From Paragordius varius (Eukaryota > Animalia > Nematomorpha), in assembly GCA_964247055.1 (NCBI GenBank), contig OZ176054.1, forward strand, positions 7,192,001 to 7,256,000: DNA of 64,000 bases. Direction: 5' to 3'. The notes beneath the pieces are model-generated. The model searched no databases, had not been told where the DNA came from, and saw nothing but the letters and a program-made list of their open reading frames with translations. Made by a program: the position numbers and the translations under genes. Shown one piece after another: positions 25,601 to 37,178 of the stretch (its first letter is position 1; each line of letters begins with the position of its first letter).

Positions 25601-28485
25601 ATTTGTTGATTGGCAACAAAATAAATTCGTCTGCGCAACAACTAGCTAACAACCTACCACCTGACATATCTAGTTCCACTCAAAATGATAAATCCGGCTC
25701 CAATTATCCCACTAAAATGAAAACAAAATGGGACAAAAGGAAGAAAAGTGGAATTGATGACGATACGTCTGCAACTCAAAAGAATATATTAGACGCAGAT
25801 TCACTTAATAATCCTACATCTAAGAGTGTTTTGAAGAAAGATACTAGTAAACGTGGTATCACCAATATTGATGCCCACCATGTTCCTTGCAAACAGGATG
25901 AACAGTATTCCAAAATACCTGTTAAAAAACGAAAAATTCATAGATTAGATTATACGAATGATATATCACAATACATACCACCTCATAGTATAATTCCAAA
26001 AGAAACACATTCAACTTCTGACCCAATAACTACAACATCATCATCTTTATTTCAAGAACTATCCCCCAAAAATCCGTCCGGTACCACAGAACAAAATGAA
26101 AAAATTCGCTCACCCGAATCATTTTTAGAGAAACTTATGATGATGCCAAGCTCGGTTTCAACCACCCTCTTTTCGTCCTCCAATACTTTTATATCATCTA
26201 CACCAAAAAAGCGCCTAAACTCTAGCACCAATCATGGGAAAGAGAGTAACGGACATCACAAAAAGACTAAACGACAAGAAAATTTGATGTTGTCAGCTGA
26301 CCCTAAAATTGGCCATGAACGCAATTCAGTAAATAAAGACCCATTGCCTAATGTTTTACCATTTAATAATTTTGTTAGTGCATGGAAAAAAATTGCCAAC
26401 AAACACTCAAATCAATCCCAACCACCATCCACAAATTTTACCAATTTTAATCACAAAATTAAAGTTAATGAAACTACTTTTGTACCACCAAATAGTGAAC
26501 TAGTCAATGAATCCAACGTCAAAAACTCAATAAATGAATTAGTTCCATGGAATGATAACAAAAAAATAATGCCCAACATTTTAAATGATGTGTTCTATAA
26601 CGTTAGTGTACCGCAAAGTGTGCCTTCATCAACACTACTACAAATGTATCAACCGACATTCAATGTTTTTAACATTAATGTTGTAAATAACGATAAAAAT
26701 AAAAATCTTGCTTCAGACGATTGTGGCTATGATAATTTGCGTGATATTTATAATCATTTTCGGGCAAATTATTATAACAATACTAGCGGTAGAAACAACA
26801 ACACTAACCTTTTCAATTATTGTAACCAAAATTATCCTTTCGCACCACAAAGGAATATTCCCGATTTCATGAATCATTATAATAATCATAATTTCTACAA
26901 TAATAACTACAATCCTACCATGAATTATCATCCCTTCTCTTTTAATCCTTACAGTATTCATCCACATCCATTCTATGGTGGCAGTAATATGTTTAATAAT
27001 CCATTTAACCCGGGTAGTATGATGATGGTACCACAAATAAACCCTACAGATCATAACTCTTATGCTTGTTCTTCTCCATTCATCGGGCCTAATCCATGGA
27101 CTCCTTTTTCACAAGCGCTGATATACGAAAATTTTTATAAGGGATGTCAGAGGCCATCTGTTACACAATACAATCCAGCCTTTTTTGATCATAATATGTA
27201 CCATAGAAAATATTTTGGAGGCGATAATGAAGTGAAAATAGATGGAGCCAATTATTTGAATAGTGTTGGTGAAGGTTCCAATTTTCCAGATTCTAATTCT
27301 AAGTCAACATCGATTCCAAAAAATAGCATACTTCCTATATCTAACCATATAGCTACAAATGTTGGCATTAGTAAAAACACAGAATCGTCAAAAAATGATA
27401 ACACAAGTAATGTTATTGAGAAACGGCGGGACACTATCGAAGAAGCCATTGATGATGTAATTATAAAATCGCGACAGAAAATGGCTCTTGCTGCTTTATC
27501 TACATCCTCCCTGAAAACCTGCAATGATTTCAACGATACGACTTTAGTTAATTCGGGCACTACGATAAATGCCACATCAGTTATAAAGCATACGGCTCAC
27601 ACCAAACGTAAGCAAAAATCTTTATTAGATAAAACGAATGATAATAATAATCAGCCATTCCAAAATAAAAATAATGATGATGTATTAATGCATGGTGAAA
27701 ATGAAAAAAGTACAAGTTCGAATACACCGGATTCTAAAAATAATTTAATGGTCGTTAATACGCTAAGTGATATAGTAAGGTGTGCTAGTTTTTCTTCCAT
27801 TGACAGCGAAGATGCCATGTATATAAATGAAATACGCAAAGATATATCTAAACTTTGGACTTTTGAGCGACGGATATCTACCGACTCTACCGAACAAAAC
27901 ATGGAAAAAACTATAATATCTTCAAACACTACATCGACCCCCCATGAAAATAATAATAATATGCTTTCTAAATGTAATCTAACTGATGTGGTAACTAATT
28001 CTTCCAATAAAATGCAACAAACAAAGAATCTCAAACTCTCAAATACTCCTGACACCATAAATAACCTTGAATGTCCAGCAGTAGAAAATAACGGAGAAGA
28101 GAATAAAGTAATTGTATTAACCAATAACAATTCTATCCTCCCTGACCATAATAGCCAGAAAAAGAAATCAACAAAATCAAGAAAGTCTCATTACAAAAAT
28201 GGTTTTCACATAGAGCATTCAATCAACGCGAGGTTTTATTTTCTATCCATAATCGTATTATTTGCTGTATTTCTTACTGTTTTTCCTATCCACATTCTTC
28301 TTTAAATAATGGCCTTTTTATAATTAATTAATTTAATATTTGTATGATATTAAATCCTATTATATCCATTTAACCATATTAGATTTGAAGCTCAAAGTTC
28401 ACCATCCCAAACAGTTGAAGTTACAGTCAATAATTTAACTGTGTTAATAACGGAATATTCAGGCGAACTTTTAAAAACTCATTGA
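22609..28485 (+). CDS. RYBP: RYBP/YAF2 homolog (non-canonical PRC1 subunit), unusually long, ~1091 aa
   Basis: Exon 1, 22609-22718: MSNKSRQPWDCTICTYKNPFNTFSCQVCGTRKGTST, a RanBP2-type zinc finger matching RYBP WDCSVCTFRN...KGTSTRKP. The phase-2 splice to exon 2 (25170-28232) restores R-KPK. The phase-2 splice to exon 3 (28383-28485) gives RFEAQSSPSQTVEVTVNNLTVLITEYSGELLKTH*, matching the YAF2/RYBP C-terminal motif (SSAQHLEVTVGDLTVIITDF). Total 3276 nt. Confidence 0.88.
23560..24960 (-). mobile_element. Possible highly decayed Ty3/Gypsy pol remnant in RYBP intron 1
   Basis: Fragments occur in Gypsy order on the minus strand: IIDALIEFRT..YFIYTDHSL (RNase H-like, about 24190-24290), QR..HYNL, REIIESKHLHTG and RRDLFFFPELQK..PSC (integrase zinc-finger-like). 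Many stops and frameshifts; the motif matches are weak. Confidence 0.35.
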
Positions 28486-29375
28486 TATTATATTTGTTAA
28501 ATAATATATATACATAATTTTCAATTAAAATATTTACAAAATTACACTTATAGCAATTATTTCATGACATTTTATTTGACGAAATATATTATATAAAAAT
28601 CTAAATAAATATTCTATAATTATATCCATACATATTTTTTCTGTTTAAGATGGGGCACAAAATTATGCTGTGTTAATATAATCTTAGATTCTGATTCAAT
28701 CCAACATAATTTTATTAAACAAACTGTACATGTTAGGCTAATTTTTACCTAAAGCAAGGAATCCAGATTTTCATATAACCTCTTGTTTGCATTTACGATT
28801 TATTATTCTTAAAAAGGACATCTAATGTAAATGGCATGGACAAATAATTTTTAAACGCGAAGAGTAATTTTCTGTATATACAGACAGCAGTGCTTGGAAA
28901 GAAATATAGTACATAATTTATACCAAAATTTAAATATTTAGAAAATTAAACGGCACACAATTATCAGTTTATCTAATTCGGTAGCATATCGATAATGAAA
29001 GTGTTTGTACGATATCGGTCAAATATTTTTTATTTGTTTTTTTAAATTTGATTAATATCAAATTTAAAGCAAATTGTGCGCATGTTTTAATAATATTTTA
29101 TTCTTACGGCCGAAACTAGAATCCAACCGTGATGTTTTTTTATCAGAATATATTTATACACACTGCGTCCAAAATCGGGGATATAAAAAGTATCTTAATA
29201 ATTATATATTCCGATAGCTAAATGTATCAAGATCCTCATGCCTTTAAGTTTTGAGGCTTACGAGTGTTATGAAAAATTTTATTGCTTTTCAAGGAAATCG
29301 ATATAATCGCAAAATTAGCTCACATAGTGTTTAATAGAATTTTTTTGGTGAAAGCTCAATGCTTTATTCTTAAAA

Positions 29376-30033
29376 TCTATATATTCATAAAAATGGAAAA
29401 TGCTGGCTTTGTGATCTGGTACAGGAAAAACGGTAGACCCATTTAAATCCAAACTTCGAAAAAATATAATCATTAATGAATGCCCCGACAATAGCTTCGC
29501 CTTTTTTTTGAAATAGGCCCCCTGTTCGGGCCCACCCCGTGTGAAAAACGGGTTTTTTAAACAGAAGTCCACAAAAATCGTATATTTGAGACAATTTTCT
29601 GGAGAACGTGTTGGACCATTTAATTTCAAATACGATTTTTGTTTACTTATTTTCGATTGCGCCGAACATAGTCGAGTCACTTTTTTGATTTAGGCCCTCT
29701 TTTTACCCGCTACCCCCGTAAAATGCCATTTTTTTCAAAAACAAAGTCCACAAATATAATTTTTTAATCTATTTTTCGCCCTAGGTATGAGACCATAAAA
29801 ATTCAATATGGATTCCACGTATTCCCTGTTAAAAGGCAATAATTTTAGTCAGGCGTTTCTTTGATGATAGCTGCTGGGTAAGGAGCTACCCGGTAAAAAC
29901 TGATTTCTCATGTAACTTTGGGATCTGTTTCCGGAAACCCGGTGAACCCATTCAAATCCAAACTTCGAACCCCCCCTCCCCAGAAGTCCGAAGGACTTCC
30001 TCGGGCTGCGTAGCAGCACGAGATTTACGCTAG
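29376..30033 (+). mobile_element. Non-autonomous Helitron, copy 4 (658 bp)
   Basis: A|TCTATATATTCATAAAAATG at 29376. 3' hairpin CTCG-G-GCTGC-GTA-GCAGC-A-CGAG, then ATTTACGCTAG|T at 30033. Holds less than one array unit and a re-copied 5' segment at about 29921-29968. Confidence 0.9.
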
Positions 30034-30533
30034 TTATCGATAAATTATATGCTATATTATATTTAAACAGCAATGCAATAATTTAATAAACTGAAATTCG
30101 TAAATGTGCGCTCCGATTTCTAATCCCCTTTAAAGTGGACTAATTTTTTGTAATTAGTGCAAAATTGGGACATAGCAGTTTTAATGCCAAATATTGACAT
30201 CAAAAGAAGTTTTTTCAAAAACGGATATTTTATTTAAAAATTTAATTTATAGCAAAATTTTGATGAGGCGACTTTTATATATTTTGAATCATGGAGGAAA
30301 CGCTATAAAACACCCTAGGATATTAAAAAGCACTTTTTCCATATAATTTGATGATGCTAAAGATTACTATTACCTCAGATTAAAAGAGTCGTTTGCTTTT
30401 AAATATAGGTGAATCTTAATAAAAAACAATTTAAAATCAAAATTCTTTGGTGTTATAAATGTTCAAAATTATAAAATTTATATAGAAAAAGAATTTTTAG
30501 AAGCATTTTTATACCGTTTCCATCATGCCTTAA

Positions 30534-31409
30534 AACTTGGATACAACACATTCATTTTAGTCCTTCGATTCAAATCGGGGTAGTTGGATACCCCAGGCCT
30601 GTTTTAGATTAAATTCTTTAAAAAATATGGAAGGAATCAAAACCATGATAAAATTTTGCACTTATATAACATTAATAAACCGATATATATAAAATTTTTT
30701 ATTTAAAAATACTTGATAGTACTTATTTTAAGTAAAACCGAAAGGGAAAAATTTAGTCAACGTGGCATGTGAGCAATGGTAAAATTGAATAATAATACAT
30801 AAACCGCTTTTTCTGTTTCTATCAATGTTAGAAGTGATTTAAATAAAAATCTTTAATTTTACCCTTAAAATTAAAGCTAAAATGAAAGCTAATTTTTTAT
30901 TTATCATTGATAGAAAAAGTTACTTTTAACATTTCACACATGTCACGTTGAAGAAATTTGTACCTTTCGGTTTTAGCTTAATAATAAGTAATATCAAGTA
31001 TTTTTGAATAATTTTTTTTTATATATTTCGGTTTATTAATGTTATAAATGTGCCTATTTTTGCCAAGGTTTCGATTCCTTCCATATTTTTTTAAATTATT
31101 CAATTTTAAACAGGCCTGGTATATCCAATTACCCCAATTTGAATTGAAAGACTAAAATGAATATGTTGTATCCAAGTGTTAAATAAAGACAAATTTTTGC
31201 AAAATATTTGTAAAATTAAAATGGCGTCGATAGTTTGACATGGAACTTTTTTTTCAAAACAAAATTTTATTTAGATATTTTGGCATATTTATATAATTTT
31301 TATTAGGATAGAAGCATAAATTTAAATTGGGACAGTTTTCTTCAGTAGTTTTTTAAAATTGCTATTTAAATTTAGTCTGGTGTATTTAGATACCCCAATT
31401 ATCGAAGTG
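30534..31409. mobile_element. piggyBac-like (TTAA) MITE, inverted relative to the 20589 copy, with an extra internal inverted arm
   Basis: TTAA at 30530-30533 and 31410-31413. Collinear with the reverse complement of 20589-21170, except for an added TTAA-flanked segment at 30875-31178. Confidence 0.8.
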
Positions 31410-32456
31410 TTAAAATAGTATGATGTACGCTTTAAAGTTTTTTTTATAAATTCTTGATCAATGTCCTTTTTTTAAAAAAATATTTTAATTCATACTAAAA
31501 TTTAGCATATATTTTATATCACCCAAACTCAGCATTTTTGTATTTATTCGAAAACTAGCCCATTGAAAGTCGAAAAAATTTAGTCGGACATTACTGAAAA
31601 ATAAAATTTATAATAATATTTTTTTAATTTTTATTGTAGATATTTAACTGATATTTTTTAAAATGAAGCATTTATATTTATTAATAAAGATGCGCATATT
31701 GTGTAAATAACCTGCTTTAATAAGGGCCAAAACCAAAAGCACCATGATAATACTGATATATTATCAGAATGTTATATTTCATCAGTATTTTTTGTGGACA
31801 CAGTAAAGAACTAAATATGGCATGCTTTTAAATTTGGCTCAATATTTTAAATACTTTAAGACAGTGATGCTACCCCAGAGCCGCATTTGGCTCTAAAAGA
31901 GCTTATTTGTAGCCCTCGACTATAAACATCTGCAAATATCAAACAGCATTTCTATTTTATCGGTTGTATGGCCTTGGCAAAAAATATTTTATTGGCCCTT
32001 TTTTGCACGTAATAAATACTGCTTTAAATATATATATATATATATATATTAAAAATCGCTCTTGCAAAACTACGCTAACAATCAATGGTAAAATAACTTA
32101 TGAACAGGCCGTACATTTTTTTAGTTAAGCTTGAATATGTCAAAACAGATTTTTACTTCGCCTGCATTTAATATTATAAAACAATTTACGAAAAAATTAG
32201 TTGCGTTGCCGTTGATTTAAAATATACAGACATCGAATGTTAATTGTTTACAACAGTAGCCACATGCCTTCTTCATAAACCATGGGTCAGGGCCCTAAAC
32301 ATGAATTCGTTGAAAATTTAAAATTTCTTATTATATTGATACATCCTTGATTATAGCACATAAATTTAATGTCCAAACTTGCCCGTAAAAAGAATTGTTA
32401 ATATTTTTAGGTTTTACCACAAAACATTATATTTGCATATGATAATTTTTTCAGAG

Positions 32457-35400
32457 ATGGAAATTACAAATTCTGCTGATAAAAATATTGTATTAAATGA
32501 ACCTATACAACATGAAAACATTTTACACAAATATAAAATGGTTTATCAAGGAGTTCAGAATAAGATCCTGGAAGAAAAATATACAGTGCTATTAAGTACC
32601 TATGAAAATGAATCCAATATATTTAAACAGAAAATCATGGTTAGTTGAAGTTTAATTTAGAATCTAAATGATGATCTTCAAAATGCAAACGCAAAAATGC
32701 TTCAATATAAGAATGATCTTCAATCTCATAAAAAAGAATACTTAAAGCTGAAGAAAGATACGTCATATACTATTAAAGGCAAGGATGAAAAAATTAAATT
32801 CTTGCAATCTCATCAAAACAATTCTACCGATAAATATATACAAGTTTTATTGATTATTATTATGAGGAAATTAATTTATTAAAAACAAAGGAAAATGAGA
32901 ATAAAAAAACAATTTTAAAGTAAAAAAATAATTATTTTAGGCTTCAGGTAGATCTAAATACAGCCTTAAAACAAGGACAAAACGATAAAACATTGATTAA
33001 TGATTTGAAGAAAAGAAAATTTGACGAATTTAATAAGGACGATATAGATTACAGTTTAAACAAAAATATAAGTTTTAATACCCCTCCTGTCAAACCTTCG
33101 CCACCACTTTTATATGATCTATTAAAATCCTTAGAAAATCAAATAAATACTTTAAAGCAGGAAAACTTGGAATTAAGGTAATATTAATTCTAATTTTTTC
33201 ATTAATACAACATTCTGCCAAATAAATTTTTTTATCTGGATTCATTTTTGACTTTATTTATTTTGTGCACACAAAATTTTGACTTAAATTGCATTTGAAA
33301 AACAGGTGACATATATATTTTTGTATGTTACTTTTATGAATATTTTTGGAAAATAAATTCTAAAGGTATTTGCAATGTCTCAGACTAAGATTTTTTATTA
33401 CAAATTTTATGCATTTATATATCATAAATTTGACCTTGAAATAAATAATACTCTTTAATTTCAAAGATACCTAAAGATAGTATTTTAAATTTATAGGTCC
33501 TCGTGTGATAAAAATTACCTTATAGCTATTGAAAATGAAAATTTACGTAATCAAATGATACTACATCAAAAAATAGCTCTCGATTTGTATCCCAAAGAAA
33601 AAAGTGCTAATAAAAAATTGACCAAGTTAATTAAGGAATGGGACGGATTCATAAAAACTTTCATAAATCTTCACCAATCAAAATTAGGAAAACAAGATGC
33701 CGAAATTTGTACAAGCCAAAAACTCACCAATTCTGAAAATTTAAGCGATGTTGAATCACCCCTACAAAATTATTCAGTAAAATTGGACCAAATCATGAAC
33801 GATGTTAAAAAGCGTGAATATGAGCACGATTATTTGAATACAAAGTATAATTCTTAAATTATTATATTATTCCGTCATGTTAGAACCTGTCTCGCCATAT
33901 AACTCTATCTATAGCGTCTTCTGTTTTTAGCTCATATTCTGTTAGCTCTCTTTTTAATGTGTCTATCCATCTCGTTTTAGGCCGTCCACGTCCTCGTGTT
34001 CCTTCAACTATATGTTTCTCTATTGTTTTTGCGATATAATTGGAATCTCTTTTTTCAATGTGCCCAAACCAACGTAGCCTATTTTTTGTCATTTCCACTA
34101 TTTGTTTAACATCTGTGCTCCCACGAATAAATCTATCTCAATTCTGTCCTTTCTTGTTACCCCACACATCATTAAGCATTTTCATTTCAGTCACAAAAAT
34201 GTCTTCGGATTTTTTGACACCCCACGTCTGTGAATTATACATCATTGTGGGTTGAACAACTGAACTGTATATCTTACCTTTCACTCTAACATCAATATTT
34301 CGATCATATAACACGCTTGAAATTTTCTTCCAATTTACCCAACTGCTCTTTATTGCTAAATTTTTATCATCGATCAACGATCCATCTGAACTTAACATAG
34401 CTTCCAAATATTTGCAACTTTATTTACCCTTCAGAACCCAACTATTATCAACTTCCATTTCATGTTGTGGACCCCCAAAAGTAATAGGTTCGGTTTTTGC
34501 TTTGTTTACTTTCAGAGCGTATTTATTCAGTATAATAACCCATCTGTTTACCGTTTGCTTTAACTCAGCCAATGAATCAGACAAGATGATTATGTCATTT
34601 GCATACATAAGTACCAACTGACCTTACATTAACGATCTTAGCTACCTCGTCCATATATTATAAACAATAAGGGGTTGAGGGATGATCCTTGGTAGACTCC
34701 ATGCTTTATTGAAAAAGGCTCGATAATCTTTGAGGAGTTTTCATCTTGAAGTTGTGGGATTCGTACATTATTTGTAACAATAATATAACTTTCTGGCACC
34801 TTTTTACGACGGAGACTCCATTAAATAGTTTCTCTAGGAATCCTGTCAAACGCCCTCGTCAATTAAACCCCATGTAATTCTTTCTTCTTTTCAATGTGTT
34901 TTTCAATCAACCTCCTAACCGCATTTATGGGGTCGATTGTTGACTTTCCTATTTAATAAATTTCTTATCACCTATTTTTTTAAGAATAGTGATTTGATAG
35001 AGTTTTTTTAGGTTAAAAATTTTTCATCATTCAATGATATTAAAATTAATAAATCCAATGTGAATCATCGAAAAATGGTAAAATCCAGCGATTAAGCCCA
35101 AGCCGAAAAAAATAAAACTGGAGTCAGGGAGGTTATTGAGTTACTGAAATCAGAACAATCTAAATCAAAATATTATAATATGTATTCGGACATCAAAATT
35201 GAAGTTTTCAATTATCTTTCGAATACATGGTGTAATGGCAAATTTTTTTTCCACCTAGCTTCTATTGTTGGTTCACCAAATGTCTCCAGCTAATACCTCG
35301 GGTATGTGGCAATTAAACTTGGTTAAAACTTTTAATTATCTTGTAGAGAATTATTTACATAATTAAAGATATATTAATCTGTGAAAAAGTGCCCCCTCCC

Positions 35401-37178
35401 CCCACAAAAAAACTAGTTTTGGATCGCTTCTCGTAGCGAAAGCATTATTGTTGCGCATTTTCTATTTTTGGACTGACTATTATAGGGAACTCTTTACTTT
35501 TCCTCGATTATTACACTTAGGCCCAACAATATTTTGTTTCAAGGTAGTTGGAAAATTTTCAAATCGGTTTTAAACACAATTTTCCCAAAAGATACGGTTT
35601 TGGATTTAAATAGTCGAGCCAATGCTAAGCAAGTGATTTATCTGTATTCATATAGCTGATAATTAGCTATGCTCTAAAATGTGTCTCTGAGTCAAAATTA
35701 ATAATTTGTAGCAAAATAAGGATGAAAAAAAGATTAAAAGTACAAAAGTATGTTATGGAACATTTTCCGGAAAATCATGTTTTTTTTTTAAATTTCCTTT
35801 ATATAATTTATCCATTCAAAACGGTCAATTGTATCAGTTTAATCATCTGTTTTGGTCATAAAAATACAGTTTTTGAAATATTCATATGAATTATTATGTT
35901 TTTATGCAGATTACAAAGTATGGAAACCAAATGCGAACATTTACAAAAGGATTTGAACAAACTTAAAAGTGAGAATGAAACCTTACTTTTAACAAATAAG
36001 AATTTAGAGAAATGGCAACAAGATTTATCTCATTACATAAAAAATACGGTAAAACCTGTAAGTTATTTTTCACTTATATATATATTCAAACATCTCAAAT
36101 ATTTAAATTGCATTTTTTACGGAATTTATTATTACGAATCACCTTTATTTATGAATTAATTGTATTATGCTATCATAATTTCATGTAGGACACGTATACA
36201 TCACTATCAATTTATTTAAAACAAACCTTTTATATGAGAAAAACGAATACATTTTAAAATCCATTATATATAAAATATTTCATATAAGACCTTAATTTAT
36301 TAAAAAAATGATTTTTAAATACTTGCATATAAAAGGTTAAACACAAGCATCTATTTAGAAAAATTTAAATGACATATAAATATTTTTTTTAAACATGCCT
36401 TTATAAAACTTTGGTTTCTAAATATAACTTATAATTAAATGTTGCAAACTAAGAAATAAAGATTTTTTAGGTAACATTCTATTTGTGTAAAATTGTCTGA
36501 ATTATAAAGGAAGTATTGAGGTTTAAATAAGTATCGTTGTTTTTTGTTAAAAAATTATCTTTTATTTACTATTTGTCTGTATATATTTTTACTTTACGTA
36601 ATTTGTGTTTATAGCAAAGTTTTAGACTAGATAAATATAATCTCGTAACGAAAATTCTATAAACAGCTCACTACTTAAATCACTTTTGTGGTTTTATTCT
36701 CACTATTTGCAACGTTCACTCAGTTTTTTTGGGGTACCGATAGATATACTAAAGTTAGAAAGACTACATTATTGACTCAAACTTTGGCTCATTATGATAT
36801 ATTTATATATATAATTGAATTATACGGACATATCATAAAAATATATAGACAAATATTTTTTTCTGCTATTTTTAAACTTGATTTTTGTAATTGTAACTTA
36901 TTGTTTAATATTGCAAAATATGAAATAAAGATGTATATTGGTAGCCTAATCAATTGTATATTTTACAATTGTAATTAATAATATATCTGGAAAAAATTAA
37001 GGTTAAAAACATATGGTTGTCTTTGTGGAAAAAATATTTGTCTTTATTTGCGTTTTGTCCGTATACTTTCAATTTTTATTGCAATATTCATATTTAGGTA
37101 TACGATAAGTTCTTACAACTTCAGCAGCCCACACCCAATTCATTGGAAACGAAAGAATTAATCCAAATTTTGCAAAAT
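32457..37178 (+). CDS. Multi-exon coiled-coil protein (weak MAD1-like resemblance); 3' end unresolved
   Basis: Exons 32457-32639, 32661-32843, 32867-32919, 32941-33177, 33497-33844, 35910-36057 and 37098-37178 join in frame through GT-AG introns of 21, 23, 21, 319, 2065 and 1040 nt. The product is K/E/L/Q-rich with heptad character. An acceptor just upstream of the ATG means further 5' exons are possible. Confidence 0.72.
33857..34955 (-). mobile_element. 5'-truncated RTE-clade LINE (reverse transcriptase remnant) in an intron
   Basis: Frameshifted motifs GKSTIDPINAVRRLIEK, FDRIPRE, LMYANDIIILS (YADD-like), VKGKIYSSVVQPTMMYNSQTW, RLRWFGHIEKR and GRGRPKTRWID. The 3' end has a short TAA-like tail near 33858-33871. 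Confidence 0.9.

Noticed and set aside
25132-28305. Treating the 1057-aa ORF as a standalone intronless gene, or as Polycomb/CBX
   Set aside because: The ORF start is a non-ATG codon upstream of a good acceptor. No chromodomain was found, while an RYBP zinc-finger exon splices in phase.
35420-35470. GCTTC-TCGTAGC-GAAGC hairpin resembling a Helentron/DINE-like end
   Set aside because: Single occurrence with no partner end identified.
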